Of a stretch of 32,000 bases of DNA, positions 17,566-24,834 are shown piece after piece. Every line of letters starts with the position of its first letter. Position 1 is the stretch's first letter. The notes below the pieces were generated by a model, which saw only the letters and a list, made by a program, of their open reading frames with translations, was not told where the DNA came from and made no database searches. Both the position numbers and the translations under genes were made by a program. The stretch covers positions 1,650,001 through 1,682,000 of the forward strand of contig NZ_AP028907.1 in assembly GCF_036323395.1 (NCBI RefSeq), in the 5' to 3' direction. The stretch comes from Pyrodictium abyssi. Lineage in GTDB: Archaea > Thermoproteota > Thermoprotei_A > Sulfolobales > Pyrodictiaceae.

Positions 17566-17895
17566 ATGGAGTCCGGGCTAGTAGTCGTCTATGTGACCGC
17601 GCCTAGGGGTAAGGGCGCAGAGATAGCGCGTAAGCTGCTAGAGGAGAGGCTAGCAGCGTGCATAAACATCGCCGAGGTGAATAGCATGTACTGGTGGCAG
17701 GGCAAGATAGAGGAGGACAAGGAGGACCTACTAGTGATAAAGACTACCGTGGCGAGGCTAGAGGAGCTCATACGCCGGGTCAAGGAGATACACCCGTACA
17801 CAGTGCCCGAGGTGGTAGCACTCCCCGTGATAGCGTGCCTCGGCGACTACTGCCGCTGGGCCCGCGAGGAAACCAATCCCCAGAGAAATGTTTAA
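17566..17895 (+). CDS. cutA: divalent-cation tolerance protein CutA
   Basis: VVYVTAP, LAACINI, SMYWWQGKIEEDKE, LLVIKT, IHPYTVPEVVALPV. Confidence 0.9.
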   Translation: MESGLVVVYVTAPRGKGAEIARKLLEERLAACINIAEVNSMYWWQGKIEEDKEDLLVIKTTVARLEELIRRVKEIHPYTVPEVVALPVIACLGDYCRWAREETNPQRNV

Positions 17896-17898
17896 ATA
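17891..17898 (+). promoter_or_regulatory. TATA box (tttaaata), likely the tRNA-Lys promoter
   Basis: Perfect TTTAWATA-type box overlapping the cutA stop codon, ~47 nt upstream of the tRNA 5' end. Confidence 0.5.
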
Positions 17899-17944
17899 CC
17901 CCCACGTTCCCAGAGTGGGCTTCCAAACATGGAGGCGCGTGGCT

Positions 17945-18056
<112 letters not shown>

Positions 18057-18126
18057 CGCCCACCCCGGATCCACAACCCCTCTCCTCCACTCGTCCTCGA
18101 CCCGCAGCACCAGCTGGCATGTCCTA

Positions 18127-18639
18127 CTAGCCTGTGTAGACGGTTACAGCCCTCTCGGGGAACAGTGTGAGGCTTGCCTCGTAGTACACAGTCTCGTCCA
18201 CGATGGCGAAGCCTAGCTTCTCATAGAAGCCTTCAAGCCCCCGGACAGAGTTTAGGTAGACGTGACGCGTCTCGTTGTAGAGCCTCCGAGCGGTCTTGAC
18301 TACTAGGCTGCTTCCTAGGCCGTGGCCCTGGTAGCGGGGGTCTACAGCGACCTCCTCTATGTAGCCTGAAAAGCCCTCGGCTAGGTTGGGGTTGATGTAT
18401 GCCTGTAGGTAGCCTGCTAGCTCCCCGCTAGGGCTCCAGGCTAGCAGGTATAGCGTCTTGTAGCGCTTCTCGATGTACCCCAGGTAGTTGGCGTAGTCGC
18501 GTACCGTGATGGGGCTGTACCACTGGTACCTCGAGAACGCCGCGTTAACGACCCTGGCCACCTCCGTCAGCAGCCCCTCGTCCCTGATAGCCTGGTGCGC
18601 GCCTCCACGAGGAGCCTGGCGGAGGCCTCGCGCCAGCAA
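18127..18639 (-). CDS. GNAT-family N-acetyltransferase
   Basis: Acetyl-CoA motif A EEVAVDPRYQGHGLGSSLV and C-terminal FYEKLGF. Confidence 0.85.
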   Translation of the reverse strand: MLARGLRQAPRGGAHQAIRDEGLLTEVARVVNAAFSRYQWYSPITVRDYANYLGYIEKRYKTLYLLAWSPSGELAGYLQAYINPNLAEGFSGYIEEVAVDPRYQGHGLGSSLVVKTARRLYNETRHVYLNSVRGLEGFYEKLGFAIVDETVYYEASLTLFPERAVTVYTG

Positions 18640-19068
18640 CGCCTCTGTAGGCCATGGGTGCTCCTCTTCTCCTGGCCGCTGCTCCGGGTAGGAGGCGGCG
18701 CAGCGTGTCGTCCAGCAGTGTGCGGGGCTCGATGCTAATGCTCACATATACGCCTCTTAGCCCCTGGTGGTGCTCCAGGAGGAGCCTAGCATAGGCAAGT
18801 ATCTCCTCCAGCGCGGTGAGGCCCTCTGTGAGGGCTATCAGGGGGTCTATCCGCGCCCATACCACGGCCGCTGGCGTGGAGGAGCTTGTTAGCAGCGCGA
18901 CCAGGTTCTCGGGGCGGTAGCCGCTGTAGCTCAGCCACTGTCTCCGTATACGCTCCCCGGTCCACGGCTCCCGGTCACGGGGTAGCGGAGGCTGTCTACG
19001 CGGTTTAGTAGCCCGGCTATAGCGTCCTCTATGCCGAGCTTCTCTACGCCAGCTACTAGCCTCAGCAT
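18545..19068 (-). pseudogene. hypothetical ORF, apparently frame-disrupted
   Basis: ATG 19068 (preceded by GGAGG) opens MLRLVAGVEKLGIEDAIAGLLNRVDSLRYP..., which stops at 18931. A second frame continues with REPWTGERIRRQWLSYSGYRPENLVALL...IDPLIALTEGLTALEEILAYARLLLEHH.... The junction is near 18960-18980 (C/G runs). The 3' end degenerates into Ala/Arg/Gly-rich sequence overlapping the GNAT gene. Confidence 0.4.
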
Positions 19069-19231
19069 GCCTCCTGGCCAGCCTCTACCCAGCCCCTAGG
19101 ATATAGCAGCGGGCTACTCTTATCGTGATCGGGTCCCCCGGGGCCCCGGGGTGGCTGGGCGCGTGGAGCAGCCACGAGTCTACCCTAACGAGTGCGTACG
19201 CAGGATCATAGCCTTCATACCCGAGGGCCAC

Positions 19232-19510
19232 ATGCATACGAGGTTCATCCTCAACCTCGGAGACCAGGTCATAGTCCTGCACGAGGCGACTGTGGCGGCC
19301 CTGGTGAGAGCCTACGCGCTTGTCGCTACGCATCCCACCCGGCAGGCTGTGGAGCTCGAGAGCCGCCGGCTAGGCAAAGGGGAGCGGAAGCCCGGGTACG
19401 CGGAGTGGCAGCTGCTAGAGACTGGTAGGAGCGAGGAGGAGGTGCTAGAGGAGGCTCAGCGCCTATGGGCCCGGGGAGTCATCGTGGAGTGCCACAGCGG
19501 GAGCGAGTAG
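19232..19510 (+). CDS. small hypothetical protein upstream of the Arch-ATPase gene
   Basis: 92-aa ORF from ATG 19232 (MHTRFILNLGDQVIVLHEATVAALVRAY...). It ends 47 nt before the ATPase gene. No recognisable motif. Confidence 0.4.
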   Translation: MHTRFILNLGDQVIVLHEATVAALVRAYALVATHPTRQAVELESRRLGKGERKPGYAEWQLLETGRSEEEVLEEAQRLWARGVIVECHSGSE

Positions 19511-19557
19511 TATAATCCCTTCCGGCCGCTCTACCTCAGCCCTGGTGTATACTCTGG

Positions 19558-20964
19558 ATGCCCGGCAGCCAGAGTACTGTACCCGCGGCGCCCTGCAGGT
19601 TCGTCGGCAGGGAGAAAGAGCTACGAGCCCTTGACGAGGCCTGGGCACGCAGACCAGGGCTAGTAGTCGTCTATGGGCGCCGCCGGGTCGGGAAGACCAG
19701 GCTTGTCACGGAGTGGTTACGCCTGCGGGGAGCCAGGTCCGTCTACTATCTGGCTCACCTCTCTAGCCACGGACACAACCTGAAGCGGTTCGCCCAACGT
19801 GCAGCAGAGCAGCTAGGAGACCCGCTCATAGCGAGGCTCTCCCCCACGAGCCTAGGCGACCTGCTAGCTATACTGGCCCGTGCCGGGGTAGAGGTAGTGG
19901 TTATAGACGAGGTGACGTACTGGATAAGGGCAGCGCCCATAGTGCTTAGCGAGCTCCAGGAATTCGTAGACCATTATCTGCCCGGGTCCAGGATGCTCTT
20001 GGTGCTCACCGGGAGCCTGGTAGGAGTCATGGAGCACGAGGTGCTCGGGGGCGGGTCGCCGCTACACGCCCGGGCTGCTACGAGGCTTAAGCTAGAGCAG
20101 CTCGAGTTCAGGTACCTCCGGGAGTTTGTCCCACGCTGGAGCAGCGTGGACCGGGTAAGACTTTACGCCGTCGTGGGCGGTATACCGTTCTACCTTTGCC
20201 TGGTCGCTGGCGCTGAGAGCCTAGAGGAGGCACTACGCCGTCTCATCGTCGGGCCCGGGGCGCCCCTCAGGGAGGAAAAGGATATGCTTCTACGCGAGGA
20301 GCTAAGAGACCCCCACGTCTACAACGCGGTGCTCTCGGCCCTAGCCCGGGGCTACGATACGCCGTACCGTGTTGCCCAGGCTACGGGGCTCGACCCGAGC
20401 CACGTGAGCAAGTACCTACACGTGCTGGCCCACCTCAGCATAGTGGAGAAGCGCGTACCGCTCTTTAAGAAGAAGGGCCGCTACGCCATACGCGACCCCG
20501 TAATACGGTCCTGGTTCGGCCTAGTAGAGCCTGTGCTAGAGCTGCTCGAGATAGGCGAGGAGGGGAGAGCACTCGAGAAGATAGCGTCCATGCTGGACCA
20601 GTACGCCGCGGCTACCTGGGAGGACCTGGTCCGGCAGCATCTTCTCCGCCTCTACGCCCCCAGGGGCTACCAGAGAGCTGGGTTCCTTGAGCACCGCGGC
20701 GAGGAGCTCGACGTCGCCATCCTCGACGAGGCCGGTAAGAGAGCTATAGTAGCCGAGGTGGAGTGGAGCACCCTCAGCCTTGGCGAGGCGGAGCGGCTCC
20801 GGAGAACAGCCCTGGAGAAGGCCTACCGGCTCCTCCCCGGCGGCTATAGCGTCGAGGGGGCCTACGTCGCGGCGCGAGGGCTCCGAGGAGGCCCTAGGCC
20901 TCCGTGGCTACTTCTCCCTGGCGATCTCGACTCCCCTGCCGGGGTAGGGGCAGAGGCCTCGTAG
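19558..20964 (+). CDS. archaeal ATPase (Arch_ATPase-type AAA+) with C-terminal wHTH/DUF234 region
   Basis: FVGREKEL, Walker A GRRRVGKT, Walker B VVVIDEV, VVGGIPFYL, and wHTH YNAVLSALARGYDTPYRVAQATGLDPSHVSKYLHVLAHLSIVEK. The C-terminal EELDVAILDE...AEVEWS block is DUF234-like. Confidence 0.85.
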   Translation: MPGSQSTVPAAPCRFVGREKELRALDEAWARRPGLVVVYGRRRVGKTRLVTEWLRLRGARSVYYLAHLSSHGHNLKRFAQRAAEQLGDPLIARLSPTSLGDLLAILARAGVEVVVIDEVTYWIRAAPIVLSELQEFVDHYLPGSRMLLVLTGSLVGVMEHEVLGGGSPLHARAATRLKLEQLEFRYLREFVPRWSSVDRVRLYAVVGGIPFYLCLVAGAESLEEALRRLIVGPGAPLREEKDMLLREELRDPHVYNAVLSALARGYDTPYRVAQATGLDPSHVSKYLHVLAHLSIVEKRVPLFKKKGRYAIRDPVIRSWFGLVEPVLELLEIGEEGRALEKIASMLDQYAAATWEDLVRQHLLRLYAPRGYQRAGFLEHRGEELDVAILDEAGKRAIVAEVEWSTLSLGEAERLRRTALEKAYRLLPGGYSVEGAYVAARGLRGGPRPPWLLLPGDLDSPAGVGAEAS

Positions 20965-21630
20965 CGGGCACTCGCTGCAGCGGGGGCTCCGTGCGCGGCA
21001 GTACTGGCGGCCGAGGGCTATGAGTAGGCGGTGGGCCTCCTCGCTCTTCTCGGGGCCGAAGAGCCCGAGGAGGGCCCTCGATGCCTCGTCGTAGCCGGCC
21101 TTCTCGCCTACTAGGCCCCAGCGCCGGGCTATGCGGAGCGCGTGGGTGTCTACGGCGAAGACTGGGGCGTGGCGCTTGAAGGAGAGGAAGACGTCGGCGG
21201 TCTTCTTCCCGACCCCGGGTATGGATAGGAGGAAAGCCCGCAGCTCCTCTGGAGGCTTCTCGAGCAGCACCCTCTCGCCCCCGGCCTCGATTACCCGCTT
21301 GGCTGCCTCGCGTAGCGTCCTCGCCTTCTGCCGGGCCAGCCCCGCGGGCCGTATCGCCTCGATGAGTTCCTCCTCGCTCGCCGCTAGCACGGCTTCGGGC
21401 GTGACGCGGCCGCCTAGGAGCCGGCGGAGGCTATGGTAGGCGCGTATCGAGTTGCGGTCGCTGGTGTTCTGGCTGAGGATTATGGCCGCGAGCACGGCGT
21501 AGGGGTTGCCGTCGAGCCTGTCGGCGACGAGCACTACGTAGTCGCGCCAGTCTACTCTCAGGCTCTGGGAGAGCAGCTGGTAGAGCGTCTCGCCGTCCAC
21601 CCGCCCCGCTATGCCGCGCCTCTCGGGCAA
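20908..21630 (-). CDS. nth: endonuclease III (HhH-GPD DNA glycosylase/AP lyase with 4Fe-4S cluster)
   Basis: ILSQNTSD, HhH IPGVGKKTADVFL, VDTHALRIARRWG, and Cys ladder CRARSPRCSECPLRGLC (C-x6-C-x2-C-x5-C). Confidence 0.9.
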   Translation of the reverse strand: MPERRGIAGRVDGETLYQLLSQSLRVDWRDYVVLVADRLDGNPYAVLAAIILSQNTSDRNSIRAYHSLRRLLGGRVTPEAVLAASEEELIEAIRPAGLARQKARTLREAAKRVIEAGGERVLLEKPPEELRAFLLSIPGVGKKTADVFLSFKRHAPVFAVDTHALRIARRWGLVGEKAGYDEASRALLGLFGPEKSEEAHRLLIALGRQYCRARSPRCSECPLRGLCPYPGRGVEIAREK

Positions 21631-21645
21631 AGCCGCGCCCCCGGG

Positions 21646-22818
21646 CTAGGCAGCAGTGGCCGCGGCGAGCAGCCGGTATAGCTGTAGGTGGCGCCGGGCC
21701 ATCCTTATCCACTGGGTCCGGACCGCGTAGCTGTAGAGCCCGCTCATGTAGGCCACCGCGTAGTCGTAGTTCCTTATGAGCCACTCTAGTAGCTGAGCCA
21801 GCCCAGCAGGGTCGCCGGGCGGCGCTGCTAGCCGGGGCGCGTACTGGTACAGCTCCACTAGCCGGGGCACCCGGGTCCCCGCTATCGGCTTCATGCTCCC
21901 CATCGACATGTGTAGTATGCCGCTGACAGCGTACTTGCCGGGAGGGTCGCGGTACGGCAGCACAAGCACATCCGCGAGCGCCGCGAGCTTGAGCAGCTCG
22001 TCGCCGGAGAGATAGCGGTCTATGTGCAGGAGCCACTCCGTGGTCTCCCGGGCCTCGCGGAGCTGCTCAAGCACCTCGCCGCCGCTAGCACCTTGCGGCT
22101 CACCGGCCACCACGAGGGTGAACTCTACGCCCCGGCGGGCTAGGCTCCGGGCAGCCTCCAGCAGCGTATCGAGCCCCTTGTCGGGCCGGAGGAACCCGGG
22201 GGTAGCGAGCACGACCCCCTGGAGGCTAACCGGGTCTATACCCAGGTCCCGCGCGAGCCTCGGCCGGTCAACGTCGAGGTAGGGGTTCACCAGCGTACCG
22301 TGGGGGATCCGGTTCACGAGCCGGGGACTAAGCCCCTGGCTGTAGAGCTCGAACTCCTGAAGGTAGCTGTGGACAACCACCGCGTCGGCGTCCTGGAGCA
22401 CGCGGTAGAGCTCGAGCCTCTCAAGCTTCTCCGCCGCCCCGTACGGGTGGTAAACCGTGTGGAGTGTGGCGACCACCGAGCGGGCTAGGCCCTCGCTCCG
22501 GGCCTCCAGCATCGCCTCAACCACGCGGGGAGTGTCCCCGTATATCCCGTACTCGTGCTGCAGATGGAGCACGTCCACCCCGCCTATCTCGGCGAGCGCG
22601 TCCAGGAGCCCCGAGTAGCTCGCGTCAAACCTCTCGTAGGAGGGTATAACGCGCACCCCCGGCTGCTCCCGGTAAGGCTCGCCGCCAGCCTCCCTCGTAG
22701 AGAGCACGTAGACCTCCAGCCGGGGGTCGACCGAGAGCAGCGCGTGCGCGAGCAGCCGCGTGTACTCCGCGACCCCGCAGTGCACCGGGGGATACCGCGA
22801 GACGAACGCTACACGCAA
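21646..22818 (-). CDS. glycosyltransferase, family 4 (GT-B fold)
   Basis: MRVAFVSRYPPVHCGVAEYT N-terminus, PGFLRPDKGLDTLLEA, and a C-terminal sugar-donor domain. 390 aa. Confidence 0.85.
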   Translation of the reverse strand: MRVAFVSRYPPVHCGVAEYTRLLAHALLSVDPRLEVYVLSTREAGGEPYREQPGVRVIPSYERFDASYSGLLDALAEIGGVDVLHLQHEYGIYGDTPRVVEAMLEARSEGLARSVVATLHTVYHPYGAAEKLERLELYRVLQDADAVVVHSYLQEFELYSQGLSPRLVNRIPHGTLVNPYLDVDRPRLARDLGIDPVSLQGVVLATPGFLRPDKGLDTLLEAARSLARRGVEFTLVVAGEPQGASGGEVLEQLREARETTEWLLHIDRYLSGDELLKLAALADVLVLPYRDPPGKYAVSGILHMSMGSMKPIAGTRVPRLVELYQYAPRLAAPPGDPAGLAQLLEWLIRNYDYAVAYMSGLYSYAVRTQWIRMARRHLQLYRLLAAATAA

Positions 22819-22925
22819 CCCGCTCCTACACCAGCCTGCTACAACCCCCAGAGGACTACTAGACGCTGCCCCCGTATCCCCGGGGACGGTATCACAGCGG
22901 CTCTAGCCCCTCTACACGAAGTCAG

Positions 22926-22935
22926 TTTATAATAT
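22926..22935. promoter_or_regulatory. A/T box tttataatat (TATA-like, near-palindromic; orientation ambiguous)
   Basis: This is the only A/T-rich box in the 22819-23291 gap. It lies ~110 nt upstream of the GT4 start on the minus strand, or could fire rightwards into the G-tract region. Confidence 0.35.
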
Positions 22936-23176
22936 CGTAAAGCCACGGGGCCGGCCGCCCCGGCAGCGCGTGTACAGAAACTACACATCATGTTACCTAG
23001 AGGTAAACAGAGGGCGTCGGTACGTGTACAGAGCGTACACATGCCCCGAGGGGTACAGGCGCGGCGGGGACCAGCGCACACGGGACAGCCAAGAAGGAGA
23101 GACGGGGACACACTCCGAGGGGCCGTTGCTAGGAGCAGGAGTGGCCGAGAAGTGTTTGCAGGATGGGCGAGAACCA

Positions 23177-23270
23177 GGGGGGTTGGGGGGATGGGGTTGG
23201 GGGCGGTCCCAGCGGCGCGGAAAGGGGGGATGAGCGTGGACGTGCACGGTGGGGTGGGGGTTGGGGGCGG
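23177..23270 (+). repeat. G-tract cluster with telomere-like GGGGTT units (G-quadruplex-prone)
   Basis: 23177-23203 reads G6-TT-G6-AT-G4-TT-G5. 23251-23270 reads G4-T-G5-TT-G5-C-GG. GGGGTTGGGGGCGG occurs at 23193, 23257 and again at 23800. Confidence 0.9.
23193..23213. repeat. 21-nt perfect direct repeat copy 1 (ggggttgggggcggtcccagc)
   Basis: Exact match to 23800-23820. Confidence 0.95.
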
Positions 23271-23291
23271 AGTGGATGAGCGTGACACGCG

Positions 23292-23657
23292 TTAGGGGCT
23301 GACTATCTCCGCTTCTACGGGTATGAGGCGCTCCTCGACCGTGTCCTCTAGCTTGGATACGCGGCGCTTTAGGCCGTGGATGCTGCTGTTCAGCCTATAC
23401 AGTTCGCCCTCGACGTAGGCGCGGTACTCCTGGAACTCGCGGCGCAGCTCCTCGAGCTCGTGTAGCACTTGTAGCAGCGCCTGTGTGACCTCCTCCTGCT
23501 GGCGGCGCTTCCTCTCAGCACGCTCCTTACGGTACTTCTCCAGCCCCTCCCTTATCATCATCTTGATCAAGTCCGTTATCTGTATACCCATCTCGCTGGC
23601 ATATTCCTTGAGCTCGCTGTAAACCGCCTCTGGCAATGACAGGTGTACTGTAGGCAC
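23292..23657 (-). CDS. ribbon-helix-helix-like N-terminal domain fused to a coiled-coil (121 aa)
   Basis: VHLSLPEAVYSELKEYASEMGIQITDLIKMMIREGL (RHH pattern) is followed by heptad-rich ERKRRQQEEVTQALLQVLHELEELRREFQEYRAYVEGELYRL. GTG start. TATA ttaaata (23695-23701, minus sense) lies ~40 nt upstream. Confidence 0.65.
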   Translation of the reverse strand: MPTVHLSLPEAVYSELKEYASEMGIQITDLIKMMIREGLEKYRKERAERKRRQQEEVTQALLQVLHELEELRREFQEYRAYVEGELYRLNSSIHGLKRRVSKLEDTVEERLIPVEAEIVSP

Positions 23658-23799
23658 TGTCTCGGCCCCGTGTACACTCAGTCAAAGAGTCCTCTATTTA
23701 AGCGGAACGCGCCCTGTACGGCTCTTGTAAGAGTTCTCCAGTAATACTCACCACGGTAATCTTCTACTGTAGGCTGGACTACTAGAGAGAAGCCTGGTG

Positions 23800-23820
23800 G
23801 GGGTTGGGGGCGGTCCCAGC
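23800..23820. repeat. 21-nt perfect direct repeat copy 2 (ggggttgggggcggtcccagc)
   Basis: Exact match to 23193-23213. It ends 1 nt before the ATG of the CopG-like gene. Confidence 0.95.
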
Positions 23821-23821
23821 T

Positions 23822-23995
23822 ATGCGAGTCGTAACCTTCAAGGTGGATGAGGACCTGCTCGAGAAGCTAGACAGCTTCGCCCGCCTGAAGGGCGTGACAA
23901 GGAGCGAGATAATACGCAAGGCTATAGAGCTGTACCTCCGGCTAGAGGACTACAAGGTACAGCCCCAGCCAAAGATAGTGAGGCTGCTAAGCTGA
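23822..23995 (+). CDS. CopG/Arc/MetJ-type ribbon-helix-helix protein (57 aa)
   Basis: [39 protein letters not shown] is a textbook RHH. A T5 run at 24037-24041 follows as a possible terminator. Confidence 0.8.
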   Translation: MRVVTFKVDEDLLEKLDSFARLKGVTRSEIIRKAIELYLRLEDYKVQPQPKIVRLLS

Positions 23996-24111
23996 CGAGC
24001 CAGAGACGAGCAGAGAGCTGGGACACGCGCATCCAGTTTTTACCAAGGCAGGGCATGGAAAAGCCTCAGCGGGGAGAGGGAAGCCCCCTACACGCGGCGC
24101 AGCGGGGCCCC

Positions 24112-24732
24112 TCAGCTCTCTCCGCCCGTTATCTCCTCGAGCAGCCTGCGACGGAAGACCTCGTACTCCTCAGGGGTTATCGCGCCCTCGTCGAGCAGCC
24201 TCTTCAGCTTCTCAAGCTTCTCCAGGGGGTCCTCCCGCCGCTCGGCGGGGACGGCTGGCTGGGCGGGGGCCTGCCGCGCGACATAGCTCCTAGTTATCTG
24301 CTCCTTGGGCTTATTGAGCACCCACTCCTCCGAGGCTAGGTGCTTCCTCCGGACTATCGTGGGCGGCTCTACGCTTACCCTCTGGAGAGCCTCCTTTATC
24401 GCCTCCACAGCCTCCCGCGCAGCGTCCTTGTCCATCCACGGCATCTCTATCTTCTCGCCCTCCTCGGTCTCGATGTGGAACTCTGAGCGCCAGACCCCGC
24501 TGCGGAGGTACACCTGCTTGAGCTTCTCGTAGGGTATAGCGGTCGCCTCGTAGCGGCCGAGGATCTTCTCGCCGGATATGATTATCCTGCGGTCTGTCAC
24601 TACGAGCCACTTCGGCTTCTCGAGGGCGGGGCCGCTTCCTGACCGCCCGGATAATCTCCTCCCGGGGTCGAGGTTCTCAAGCAGCTTGCGTGGGAGCTTC
24701 TCTCTATCCCTGCAAGCATACACCCAATCCAT
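24112..24732 (-). CDS. bacterial-PH-like domain protein with C-terminal SHOCT domain
   Basis: WLVVTDRRIIISGEKILGRYEATAIPYEKLKQVYL is YokE/bPH-like. C-terminal LEKLKRLLDEGAITPEEYEVFRRRLL is a SHOCT motif. tttaaa at 24755-24760 lies ~25 nt upstream of the ATG, which suggests a leaderless mRNA. Confidence 0.7.
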   Translation of the reverse strand: MDWVYACRDREKLPRKLLENLDPGRRLSGRSGSGPALEKPKWLVVTDRRIIISGEKILGRYEATAIPYEKLKQVYLRSGVWRSEFHIETEEGEKIEMPWMDKDAAREAVEAIKEALQRVSVEPPTIVRRKHLASEEWVLNKPKEQITRSYVARQAPAQPAVPAERREDPLEKLEKLKRLLDEGAITPEEYEVFRRRLLEEITGGES

Positions 24733-24834
24733 ATGGGCTATACGGGAGCCCGTCTTTAAACATGGCCACGGAATAAACGAGCATGCTAAATGGTAACAGA
24801 TAACACTAAGCAGAGCCTACGCCATACAGGTGCT

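Noticed and set aside
20908-20964. 57-nt convergent overlap between the ATPase and nth 3' ends, considered as a regulatory antisense feature.
   Set aside because: Tail-to-tail overlaps are common in compact archaeal genomes, and the last ~20 ATPase codons are low-complexity. Nothing here calls for a special mechanism.
22839-23295. ORFs across the G-tract region: 149-aa Pro/Thr-rich (-), and 87-aa and 101-aa Gly/Arg-rich (+).
   Set aside because: Their amino-acid content simply mirrors the C- or G-runs. There are no motifs and no plausible start context. The region is treated as non-coding.
23177-23820. CRISPR-like array formed by the GGGGTTGGGGGCGG copies.
   Set aside because: There are only three copies, with irregular spacing (64 and 543 bp). 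One gap contains a whole gene. The repeats are far shorter than CRISPR repeats, and no cas genes are present.
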